Part shown: in pieces, positions 1 through 12,400 of the stretch | Layout: each line of letters opens with the position of its first letter | Position numbering within the stretch: position 1 is the stretch's first letter | The notes under the pieces: generated by a model | Told to the model about the DNA's origin: nothing | Database searches by the model: none | Seen by the model: only the letters and a program-made list of their open reading frames with translations | DNA from: Aplysia californica | Lineage: Eukaryota | Reading direction: 5' to 3' | Assembly: GCF_000002075.1 (NCBI RefSeq) | Contig: NW_004797517.1 | Coordinates: forward strand, 819,082-877,200 | Length of the DNA: 58,119 bases | Translations under genes and position numbers: made by a program

Positions 1-1415
1 ACACACACACACACACATTAGAATATATTATATAATAATACTGGCGTCCAAAAGGAACTTGCAAATGTATTCACCCAATCCTTGTATTAAAGCAGAGACC
101 ACTCCAACAAATCGCTATACACAGAGACTAGGAAACTGCCATGGTTTGGTGTAGTTTGGCTGGAATGAACAAAACACCATTTATGAGAACCGACGGATGG
201 CTTCGTTCAGAGGACTTCCTCGCGCAAGTGCTGGCACATCACGCCACATACCTTTCCAAGTACTCTCAAGCTAAGGAAGTCACCAAACTTTGGCGGTCGT
301 TTTTCCCGCTAATTTTATTTCCGAAATCGGGCAACCCCTACCTCCTTCAATCCCAAAATATCTCGACTTCTTATTAAAATAGACGGGGTTTTTTTTTTTT
401 ACATCGACAGCAAGACAAATGAACAAGCCTTATGATGATGCCAATAACTCCACATGCCCAAAAATTGACGAGCGACTGATCCCACCGCGTTGAGACAAAA
501 ATAGATTCCAGCAAAGCTGACCATCAGGGAGAAGAACATTATTGTTTTCTTTTCCATTGATTGAACCGATCCGCCCAAAAGTGTATTGGGTGCTTAGAAC
601 CAAAGGCAGGGTCTGCAATAGATGGATAATGCACATTACGATGATTAAATAGTGCATTAGAATTGAAACTTACGATTATTACTTTGCCTATTTCATAAGT
701 TGAAAAAATATGTCCCCGTTTATATATGGCTCTACAAAAACAAGTGATCAAGTGGGAGATTGCATTTGAAAAACATTCAACATTTAGAAGTCATACCAGA
801 TGGCCTGATGCATGTTTGTTAAAAAGTAATAAATAGGATCGAAAACCCTTCAATTACCGGTACTGAATGCGTGTTACACCACAACCGTCGTTTGTCACAG
901 AGTGTGATCGGTTGTAATGGTTTTGTTTTACGTCCTCCTTGATACAATTAAAATGAATTAGGAATCTGGATGTTTCGACTCTGCTTGCAGTGTAGGATCA
1001 ACTAAATCCATCGACACAATTTAGATAATTTAGGAGGCCGGCTTCGATCCTGTCTGCCAGGTACAACCCGGATTGAAGGGGATACAACGTCCCAGTGGAA
1101 AGACCAAGGTGCTCGATATACATTCTCCCCACACGGCAATCGAACTCAGGTCTTCACCGCAGACGCCTACTTAGAATATGTGTGCAGTTCAAAGTCAGAA
1201 GCCAAATGAGCAAGGGGTTGATCCCGGGAACTTTCCCTAGACCCCCCCCCCCCAACCCATGTTCGTGTTTCTAACGTATAAAGTCCCAGGGAGTTCGTGG
1301 TCGACCATATAGAATCTCAACACCAAACCAAAAGAATGCTTTCCCCTTAAACAGTCTGATGTTCAAATCCCGAATATAATTCAAGAAGAAACACACAAAA
1401 ATATCCAGGTGGTAA

Positions 1416-2434
1416 TCATCATCCAGTGCGAGATCTGCGACAGACGTCGGCGATCATGTTTCTCCATTCATTCCTTTATTCGGATGCTCTTAAAAAAAGC
1501 TATGTTTCTTTGATCTTTCCCAGTGACCCACTTGTTTAGGTTCCCTAAGTACGTCGCTATGGGCCTTCCGCTGCCTCGTTTGCATTCAATTTTGCCAGTG
1601 AGAGCTAGGTGTACAAGACCTCTATGTCTGTTCAGGTGTCCCAAAAACTGCATTTGTCGTTTCTTGGTTGTTTTTAACAGTGAGCGTCCCACGTGGGCTT
1701 CATCAAGCACTACCTCATTTGATTTCTTTTCCTTCCACGATATTCTTAGCAGTCTCCTAAGAAACCACATTTCTGTTGCTTCTATTTCACTGTCTTGAGT
1801 GATTGTCCAGCATCCACAGCCATATATTGAAGAGTTGACCATACATAGCATTTCAGAACGTTCATTTTAGTAGTCATTGAGACGTTTCTATTTTTCAGGA
1901 TTGGGCTCATGTTATGGAAACTAGCCTTAGCCATTGCAGTTCTCCGTTTTATTTCCGCGGAACATTTGCCTTTCTGGTGCATTGTTCTCACATTCCATGT
2001 GACTGTTCAGTTGTTTCATTCTAATTTTGCAGCCACCTGCTGCCCGTGGCGGTCCCTACCGAGCGGGGAGTTCAGAGCTGGATCACGAACCCCCTTAACG
2101 CTGTTATCTAAGAAATGAATTTTCTTTTCCATTATTATTCTTGGGATGTTACAACAGTAGTTTTCCATTGCCTACTGCCGGTTTGTGTACAGTTTTCTCT
2201 GCTAGCCTTTGTCATCCACTGACAACTCACAAGGCAGTGAGAGCTTTGGTAGGATTTATGGCGCCTCCCGTCGCCAAGATGGCCCCTTCTTCGAGTGTGT
2301 GAGGTATTTATTGAAGCACCTGTGCCACCAGGGTTCTCATCTACTCTCCACGACCATCTCCCATTCAGTTCGCGACTGCTTAGCAACTCACTTCCCTATC
2401 TGGAGGCCTTTCCCCTATCCACCACCAGGGGGGG
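1416..2434 (-). mobile_element. Bipartite (internally deleted) RTE-clade non-LTR retroelement
   Basis: RTE-like 5' UTR (ggtggataggggaaa...aagcagtcgcg) and endonuclease start TWNVRTMHQKGK fused to C-terminal ORF sequence CSAEIKRR...YGC.CWT...ATEMWFLRRLLRISW. (GAT)n tail; degenerate flanking repeat aatatcYaggt at 1400-1410 and 2436-2446. Confidence 0.8.
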
Positions 2435-2631
2435 TAATATCTAGGTATAAAATAACGCGTACTTATGCGGAAATCAAATCTAGAATCTATGTCTTCTCTG
2501 TGTGACACATACGAGTCAAGTCATTACATCACACACGTCAATAAAATAGCCCGGAGTCATTGCTCCATGGTGAGGAAGTACGGGCATCTAATCTCTTGCT
2601 CTTGATGTCTATCATGGAGAGGGACTGAAGT

Positions 2632-2945
2632 CTAGGGTGTCACAGTACGGCTCTTTGCCGTTGTACGCGGAAAACATGAGTTCGATTCCGTGTGGGGAAG
2701 TAGTTCTAGTAAAGTGCAGTCGAATCTGCTATAACGAGAGCCTGTTCAAGACGATCACCTGTACCAACGACTTCTTCCCACTTTCCCTGTCCAAGAAGAC
2801 CACCTGTCTAAGACTAAGATGATTACTTTTCTTTTTTTAAATGGATGATCGTCTTGGACAGGTTCGAGTATATCGTCTGCTGGGTCGCTGTATCCCTCTC
2901 AGCCATGGTTTGCAAGTCGAAGCAGTCCGCCTCCTAAAGGACCTG
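2632..2945 (+). mobile_element. tRNA-derived SINE family B (other copies about 1020-1170 -, 5065-5245 -, 44890-45610 +)
   Basis: Degenerate A/B boxes (gagttcgattcc..gtgggga) and a shared internal atccctctcag motif among copies. Confidence 0.65.
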
Positions 2946-3339
2946 AATTGCATTCCATGTATGTCGATGGGAGAGGAGAGGTGTGAAACAGTGTCAGTTA
3001 ATCTTAAGAAAGAATCCTATCGGCATATATTAGTATTAGCTCACAAAAGACAAGAGCACGATGACACAACTGAAACATTTTTTTTCCAACGGTGAAGAGT
3101 AACACCCTACTAGAGAAAGTTTCAGTTACTTTGAAGAAAGAGGATTTGTTTCTCTGTAAGAACACTAGGATTAAGAAAAAGAAAAAGAACCGTTCAAGGA
3201 AAGGGCAAAAATACAGACACTACTCGAAATCTTTACCAGAACTTCTGGGTATATTCCCAGTCCACCAACCAACTGAGCAGCACCAGCCATACGGCGTCAA
3301 CAACAACAACAACAAAACCCCAAAAGTTATATAGTACTA

Positions 3340-3635
3340 GTACAAGACTTCCATCTGATACTTCAAATGAAAACCTTTCATCATTCTCTGACTGCTGACA
3401 GTGTTGCATGGATCGGACGCCCTTTCCAGCTCTAAATTTATCCAGGACGCCAGGCCTCCGCTCCGGATCAAAAGGTCAATCTCCGATAGATTCGAGCAAA
3501 GGTGGAAAAGTGGTGAGCCTTGAACACTCCACACACAAGCTGAATTTATTCAAGAGCACCCAGCCGAGGATTTGAACCACGACCATCCGCACTAGAGCTC
3601 AGAATGATGCCAAAAGAGCAAACTGAGCGCCCAGC
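3340..3635 (-). mobile_element. Degenerate tRNA-headed SINE
   Basis: B-box-like gtggttcaaatcctcggc on the minus strand at the 5' end. Confidence 0.45.
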
Positions 3636-3943
3636 TACAAGTTCAAATCTTATACTATTACAGGTCAGCTGATTAAACGCTTTTTGTTCGCAAGGGACTA
3701 AGAGACTCACGACAACTCTTCTAAGACGAACTTCACAATCATGGAAGACACGTGTTTTGCTTATTTTGTATGATTGATCGTACGTTTTTAAAGATCCCAG
3801 CGATAGAATCTAAATCACACGGGAGGCTATAAGCTGCATTAACTAAACTAGTCAGATCATGGCTGGATGGAACACAGCATCCCAGCGAAGAGATGGTGAT
3901 TATAATAATCACCGGTAACATAAATTAAATTACTACATGTATA

Positions 3944-4972
3944 CAAGGCCTGTCCCAGAAGTAAGTTCCCCTGTACTGTCATGTAAGGTCAACAGTTTTT
4001 ATTTTACAGACATGACATTTTGGGAATACCTACATCAACGTGTTTTCTATTCAACGTAATAACCGTATGTCTCAATTCACTTTAAAATTGTTTATCAGTT
4101 GCAGCCAAACGACGAACACAGCGACTATTTCCTCTTCGGCCGAAGTCGTTGGCACAGCGTTCGTTTTGAGGACAAGAAATCATCTTCAAATCGTTGCTCC
4201 CCTAAGTCCTTCTTTCATTTGGGGGAGGACAGTTGTATGATATTAAGTGTGGGGGGCAGCGGGGACGATCACTGCCACGAGTCCAAGAAAGTGGTGACCT
4301 TTTGAGAAGTGTGCACAGGCGTATTGTCATGATGGAAGACATCTTGCTCAACCAGACGTGGCCGCTTTCTTCTGATTGCTGGTCTCAGCTTTGTTTGAAT
4401 ATCATCTTGTAATAATAAGCATCTGCGGTTGGGTTAACGAGAACAGGCCAGCCCAAAACTGATATTTGTGATATAAAGTTATGATGTGCACCACTTCCAT
4501 TACTTTCAAAGCACCTTCCTTTCGTCGAGCTTTCATGGTTCGTTGTGATCCTGGGTCTCTCTATTCTGCTGATTGTCTTTTCAGCTCTGGTTTCCACTAA
4601 TTGTCTAATGCACCCATGTTTTATCACCTGTTCTGATTCTTCAAAAGCAAAAAGCTGCCCCTTCATTCCATACGAGTTTTATTTCTTTTATAATATAAAA
4701 GAAGGACTAAGAGGGCAGAGATTTCAAGACAAGGAAGAAATTAAACTCGAATTTAATCGAAACAAATGTACCGTTAAGAACATTGGCCAAAGCACACATG
4801 GTCAGTTGACTGCAGGTTATATAGAGGGTAAAAAAGTGCACTTAGAACAAAGGTTGCTTTGTTCAATGGTAAATATGTTTCAGAAGGTACCTAAAAAAAT
4901 GTCATGTCTGTAAAATATAAAAATTTGTGATTTTACAGAAAAGGGAATTTTTTTTTTCAGGGGCAGATCTCG
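3944..4972. mobile_element. Mariner relic with degenerate TIRs and TA flanks
   Basis: TA|caaggcctgtcccagaa...ttcaggggcagatctcg|TA. Transposase remnants HHDNTPVHTS (minus) and FYFFYNIKEGLRGQRF..EEIK (plus). Confidence 0.7.
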
Positions 4973-5894
4973 TACATCCGAAACACTGCATTCGGTCCGA
5001 GGAGCTTCAGATCTTTTCTATAAGAAATCACTAGGTGGGACACCATTCTGGGGCCTATTCTGACGGGCACTTAGATTTAGAAGGCGGGCTGCTTCGAACC
5101 AGCCAGTCAAAGCCATCCCAGCCTGAGAGGAATACAATGTCCCAGCATAAAACAGCAGATTCTCCATTAAAAATTCTCCCCACAAGGGAATCAAACTCAC
5201 GTCTTCTGCATACAACAATAAAGCGCCCAACCCCTACATCACAGACGCCGGTGGATCATGTTGAAAGCCCCACCTAGTATTGATATTACAATGTATCTAA
5301 ACAGTGTCCATGGGGCGAAAAACATTTACAGTCAATTAAATTGAATGCTGCGCCTCCTAAATGGTTTGAATTGTGTACATCGTGGAGTAAAGCATATAAT
5401 CCAAGTGGTAGAGCAGAAACTGCTCCGAATTCGTTCACAAAAACTTTTGTGCTAATACGATGAATAACTTACATTATTATTATCATCTGATTGAGCCTAA
5501 AAATCTTTCTATTCCATCAACACATTTGAAAATTAATTAAATTGTTTGGGTGCCTAGTCCCCTGCTAATTAAGGCAAGGCCAGCCCAGGCAGTGTGTGTG
5601 TGTGTGGGAGGGGGGGGGTCATAAAATCCAAACAGAAAGATGTAGATACAAAAACCAACCTTTCCCAAGAAATTAATTGATTAACGAGAATTACATCGAA
5701 TGCAATAATAGTCTTTCAGGGCTGAAAAAAACAACCCAGGACAGACAACAAAAAAAAGAGAGCAAAGAATTTCCTACCACCCACTGGGAGAATCAAATCT
5801 TATCGTCTGCATGTATGGTGAAGAACCAAATCATAACATCATAGGGGCCTGGTGCCCACACATATAGGCCTATATCATTTCCCTCACAAACTTA

Positions 5895-5959
5895 GAAACA
5901 GAACACAAGCAAACAAGAACACAGCGGAATGATTAGTTTCTTTACAGCAATACTTTAAT
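5895..5959 (-). terminator. Candidate distal polyadenylation site (ATTAAA plus GU/U-rich downstream element)
   Basis: Minus strand reads ATTAAAgtattgctgtaaagaaactaatcattccgc TGTGTTCTTGTTTGCTTGTGTTCTGTTT. Confidence 0.55.
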
Positions 5960-8900
5960 CAAATTTAGATGGGTTTTCCTTGCATCAAGACAAGTGTTAA
6001 TACAAATACACAAAAACTTTCCAAGAAAACAAAAATAAGGTAAATAACACAGTAAACAGATACATCCACAAGTGGGGGGGAAAAACCACAAGGTTTATAA
6101 AAATGAGGGTAGGAATCAGCTTTTATGCTTGTTAAATATAATACGACTGCAAGTAGCTTTAAAACTGATCTGTTCTTATTTCTTTACAACCACTGGCCAG
6201 AAATCCAATCGACGAAATACTCTTCTAGAAAATGCATTTCAAAAGGTTAAAGTAACTTTCCCTACGGAAGAAAAGTCTTTGGATTCCCTCGCAGAAAAGG
6301 AGAAACTGTCCTTTAAATCGACACCACCACCATGGGGTCCAAGTCAGGTATCTCATCCATCAAAAAGATGAAAATGCACTTTTAGTTTGGCGCGCGGGGG
6401 GGGGGGGGGGGAGATCCACTGTTTTAGATGCATTAATAAGATTTTTAACCAAAAGTGATAATTTAAATTACCTGAACTGAACCCCCACCCCCAACTTGGT
6501 TCATAAATTCAAAATCAACAAATCGTACCGTAAATTGTGTTGATAATTGACGAAACGGACTAGACCTAAAAACTGAATCAAAGATAAGGTCTATCATTGC
6601 TAAAAAAAAAAAGAAGATTTTTAATTGCAGAAAAAAAAGAAGATAGGAACAGGGAACCAAGAAAAAAACAATTTTTCTACCCGGCTACGAATCAGCCACG
6701 GACAGCGGTAAACTTGAGAATGAAAGCAGAGAATGAAGGCAAACTGATGATTAAAGACCACACGAAACACTATGCAGCTATTCCAGGGTGTAGCAATATC
6801 TAAAATTCCATAAAACACAGTGCACAGGAAGAAAAAGATCTAGATCTATATATAGAATGTTTCTAATTTAAAAAAAAAAAAACCAACGAAAAAGTTAAAA
6901 AAACCCAACCGATTTGCCACATCTTGTAGATTTTAAAGTGGTAGATCTTTTATTAATAAAGGGGAAAGGGAAAAAGCAAGCGGATATCACAATGTGTTGG
7001 AACCCGCATTTTATACAACTGAAGACTAGATCACTCTCTGTATATATCAATATAAGTTATTATCACATTTTAGTTACTCCCGGAGGCTGCTACCTGCTCC
7101 CTGACACAACAAGAAGCAGACAACACAGGCAACACAGAGACCAGTCCAGCAAATCGCCATACACACTAGCTGGCCTTTAGCTTCCATAACATCCTTAATT
7201 TAAATGCAGATCTTAATACTTGAAAAAAAAAGTGAAATAAAACCCACAGCAGTCACGGATACCCCAAGATGGAACAAACCTAGGCCATTTATTTTTGATA
7301 AAGTCCGCCAGACTGTGTGTTTTGCTGTTAAAATTTTATTACAATAACTTCAAAGTCAAACTCAAAGAAAAACCTCCCATCATAAAGTATGATGGGATCA
7401 TTCACGTATTCTAGAGCCCAGAGTCTACTTTAAAAGGAACATTTAATCAAAATTGTACTGCACTTTTGAGATGTCCTTAACCTTACTGAGCGCACTTCAC
7501 AAACAAGCCAAGGCTAATGCTGACTCCAGGTTTTACTGCACAAGCTTGCTGGAAGAGGGTGGTGAGATTTGGAAGCTAGACCATTGAATAGTAATAGCCA
7601 GGGATTCATATGGAAAGAGGAAAAACATGTACAAAAAGTCCAAAGTTTAAACAGCTGTAACTAAAAAGGCACCACTCTCACCTGAACTGAAAGCGCAAAA
7701 GAATTATATTGTACCAAAGCACATTGTGGCATTTACCTCTCGCTATCTGTAATACTTCTAAAGGACAATAAGCACAGACAGCCTAAGTTTACATAGAGGT
7801 GCCCTGACAATGTGACAGACTCATGAAAGTAGCCCTCCAGTCGTGATGCATCCTTAATATACATCTAAAGTAGGGTAGTTTACCCCTAATCTCAGACTTG
7901 GAAATTCTTATTGATTACCTATAATTTGTCTTCAATGTGGTCTATATTACAAAACTTTTTTTTAGACATATACCAAAAATGGTTTCTGATACTGGTACTG
8001 AATCCCAAATCACTTTCAATTACAGTTTTTGCACCAGGCAGACAAAAATATGTAGCACAATGAAAACTGCAAGTTCAGAGTCAACAGTGTACGGTCCAAG
8101 ACGAGTTAGTTTCCCACCAGAGAACAGACACTGGGGAAGCCCTCACAAAAGAGCACACAAAAATGTGCTAAATGTGTCCTTCCATTCTATACTCACATCA
8201 ACTTTGAAAATACTCACATCAACTCTGAAACAAAAAAAACAACCTCGACAAACTTTTCATTTCCATTACTGCAGGCAGGAGTATCTAGCTTTCCTTTATA
8301 CGCTACCTAAGATACTTAGCAAAGAGAAGCATCAAAGCAACTACAAGATATAGTAAAACTATGCTCACCAACAATCTACATGTTTGCATTTAGATGAACC
8401 AAAATGCAATAGGAAACACACAGTGTGAATGACTTGACAAAGAAGTGTGACAGGCAGTACAGCACTACTACAGTGAGCAGCTTGTTACACACAAAGACAG
8501 ATGAGTTCACAATAAATAAATAATTTGTAAAATATACAGGCCATATGTTGAATAAATTAAGAAGGGATAAAAACAGAACAAAACCAGAGCAGCTTGCGAA
8601 TTTTCAGCTGTATCTATCACATTCTCTTCAGCTGTACAAGCATAAATTCATGGGGAATCTTGTTTTAGCTTTAAAAATCAAACAAAATAAAAATCACAAG
8701 GCATTTTTAGTTTTCAGTCATGACAACCTGGAGTGCCAACCACGAGCATAATCCCATGATAAATTTTTTAAACTTTATTAACATCAAACGACAAGCAAAT
8801 TAATATACACAAACTCATAAAATTTGGGTCAGAATGTAGTCTGGAAATAGAAAAACAAACTCAAGAGATTCTTCAACCACAGCAACATAACTCAAAATTT

Positions 8901-9333
8901 TTAGAGAGAGAAAACAGTTCTGAGGTTTAAGAAAGAAAACTACTAGTAGGTCACCAAAAAAAACATCAATTGAAGCGGACACAGGGATCCTGTCCGAACT
9001 AAACAAGCTCAGCATCTTCACTGTCCCTGCCAGTGGGTGGTTGGGGGTGTGAGACTGACAAGAAGTTTTTGCATATTGATGCTTTTGTTCCTGAATAAAC
9101 CTCATAATTAAAGAGTNNNNNNNNNNNNNNNNNNNNNNNNNNNNNNNNNNNNNNNNNNNNNNNNNNNNNNNNNNNNNNNNNNNNNNNNNNNNNNNNNNNN
9201 NNNNNNNNNNNNNNNNNNNNNNNNNNNNNNNNNNNNNNNNNNNNNNNNNNNNNNNNNNNNNATCTGAGAGTGTGGGTGTGTATGTAAGCAAGAAAGAGAG
9301 AGTGTGTGCACAGGCATGTATGAGCGAGAGAAT

Positions 9334-9334
<1 letters not shown>

Positions 9335-9392
<58 letters not shown>

Positions 9393-9400
9393 TGAGAGAG
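9335..9400. repeat. (GA)n microsatellite next to an assembly gap
   Basis: Direct reading. Confidence 0.95.
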
Positions 9401-12400
9401 ATAGCATGTACATGTGCATGTCTTCATGAAAGACAGACAGGACGAGAGTGATAAAGAGAGAAAAAGAAAGAATCTGTTAGAGAGACAGATAGAGAAAAGG
9501 GAGATCACTAAAGCCATAATGCAATAAAAACTCAATATTTACACAGTATCACAATCAAACAACTCAAATCTGACAACCACAAATAAAAAAACAAAAGAAG
9601 ACCCATCATCACAGCCCTATAATGTTCAATATCCAGGAATTAATACTGCCCTCAGACACCAACACTCTTTTCTTTCAAGCCAGCTCCGCTCACCATACCA
9701 AGCTGTGGATTTCTGCTACACATTTACAATAAATAAGCTCAGCAAACTCGTGAAGGAGATGGTAAAGCACAAGAGAACAGCACAGCATCCCATGTCACAG
9801 CTCAACAGTACACTCAGCAGTTTGAAGCACACATGCAGATAACCATATCTGCACACTCTCATTAAAATGCATCAACTCTGCATACAACAGACAAATTTAA
9901 AAAAACAAAAACAAACAAAAACAAAAAACCTCATTCAAGTTCATGAGTGCAATAGTCAAGTATATACAAGGCAAACAATGCATTGGCTTTTGTACACAGG
10001 ATTCAAAGGTTTCAAAAATACACACAAAAACGGTGTGCATTGCATGATTGATCATCAATGTTGCAACGAGCATGAGTTATAGAATTAATTTACAAATAAA
10101 TAGCCAAAAACTGGAAGAGATAAAAAGAGAAAGTAACATGTCCAAAGCATAACGTAATTCAAGTCCACAGGAAGGGATGTTTGTTTTCCAACAGATATGA
10201 CAAGAAATTTCACATTGACAAAAAAGTTTGAGAATGTTATTGTTTGTACATCAAGGCCAAGCGATGTGTGTAGTTAACCGAACACACACATACACCCACA
10301 TCAAACGGCATATCTGTCTCAATAGGCAAAGAGCTGAATTAATCAGGTATAAGTAAGACATTTGTGGGATGGGGGGGTTTGATGCCAATTTGACCAACGT
10401 ACTGAGTATTTCACAAATGTGAATCTCAATATTTCCTTTCCAATAGTTTGACAAAGTCATGCATGCTGCAAAGTCCAAAAGGAAAGGAGAGCAAAGAGAT
10501 TCCAGGAAGCTAGAGGGTGCCACTGGCCAAATGCTACACAATGCCTATAGAGCTAGTGCTGACGGAACAAGAGCTGTCAGAAGACACAGTTCACCTGGGA
10601 CCACCCCTATACAAATCTTCCCACCCTTGCAACCCTCTTGTTCAAACCACTACCTAAGCAGTGTTAAAGTGATTGAGGGCAAAGAGCAAGAAGATGTACC
10701 CCGCACACCACATTCAAAACTAGGAAGATCTGCACACCGTAGGGCTGAGAACAAACTTCTCTGGGACACTATCATTTGTCCATCAGAATCAAAGAAAATT
10801 CTTAACAACCAAGGCCAGAGCCAGAGATCAAACCAAGGAGATAAGTGACAAGATCTGCACAGGCGCCACAAGGACATCACAGTTCAAGACCAACTCTACC
10901 AAAGACACTGCTTCATAATTCTAAACAACTTCAAGATTTAAAAAAAAATGGAGAATTTCCTCATCAATGCCATGTCCTCACCCCACACATGCAGTGGTAG
11001 ATTCAGTTGTATCTCTAGCATGGTTTCAAGCCTGGTATTGGCAGATCATACCAACAGTCACAGAAACTGGCTCAAGTTCTCACTCTACAAAAGCTGGACA
11101 CTTGATACAGAAGAACCTAGAATGAGAAAAACAGAAGACACTGCACAGCAGCACCAACGCATACACCAGTACATGTCCACTGGGCTCAGCTTCCCACTGA
11201 TCCAGTACACTTCCAGTGGAATCACATTTGTGACAGTTACAATCTCACTGAGAGGTAAGTTTAAGACGTTTAGTCACATTACAAAGACCACTTCAAAATA
11301 AAGCATTTTTGTTGTCCTCTTTTTGGTTTTGTCTAATGACAAGACAATAAGGCAGTTTCTAAGGACGTAAAAATCGAACTGGAGCTCCTACAAAAGCTAA
11401 AAGTACACTAATGTTGAGAACCAAAATCACATTTTACATTAAATTCAACAGCAGTATGAATCGCAAAAATGAAAAACTTTCCACTGTAGAAAAAAGGCTC
11501 CAGTCTCCTCCCCCCCCCACAAAAAAGTAATCCTTCCTTGCAAATGAAAGTAATCGGTGCATAGTTCGCCTGCATCCAACGACACTACCTGAAAGAAGCT
11601 GAAGGCACAAATACAAACTTCAAATACTTGGAAACAAAATGAATGAGGTGGGGAAACAGAAGAATGTTCTGCTGCATGGGTGCGACACATTGGCATGAGA
11701 TCCCACTAACTCATGGGGTGATAAAAAATCCTTGAATTATAATAATTGACTAAAAGTTAGAATCACTAAGTTATGTACAGTCAAGGAGTAAAGAGGCGCA
11801 TGCACTGGCATGCAAAGGGCAGGGGGAAAAAGCAGATGAGAGAGATATGACAACAAAATTCTCTAATCTCATCAATATAGCATGAGTAACAACACAAATA
11901 AGGCCAAACTTTGTTGCATAAGTAAACGGATTTGATTTGATCAGTTGCCTCCAACAAAAGAACAGCTATGCAACCATTAAAAGGCATAAAGTCAAACATC
12001 AAAAGTACACTCCCGGCCCACTCAATTCTTCTGTAAGCTTTTGTCCCTTTTCTTCTTTTTTTTTTTAAATTTGGCATAAACAATTGCCTTAGTAGAATAG
12101 CTATGCAAAGTCACAGAGCTTCCAGTAGTCAGTTCTCAAGCACACACAACTTTAGTATTCACTGCAAACGGGGAACCAGAGGTAAAAAATGGGCAAGGGA
12201 GTTTTGAACATTTGAAAAAATATTTCCCAATAAGACAGGGAAGCAACGAAATAATTTCCAATTACAGTGGGGTGAAACACATTCTTAGCATTTGCACATG
12301 ATCTTTCCATCACAATAATGAGATGAGTGAAGTGAAAACTTTGAGACAACCCCCACATGATCCATTTAATTCAGTACGGTACTTAACACTTTCCACCAAC

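Noticed and set aside
6745-6770. CTGATGA...GAAA hammerhead-like matches (also about 40839 and 47232)
   Set aside because: No stem II or stem III pairing; expected by chance.
10459-11301. 129-aa and 117-aa plus-strand ORFs
   Set aside because: They have no recognisable domain or splice structure and lie antisense within the putative UTR.
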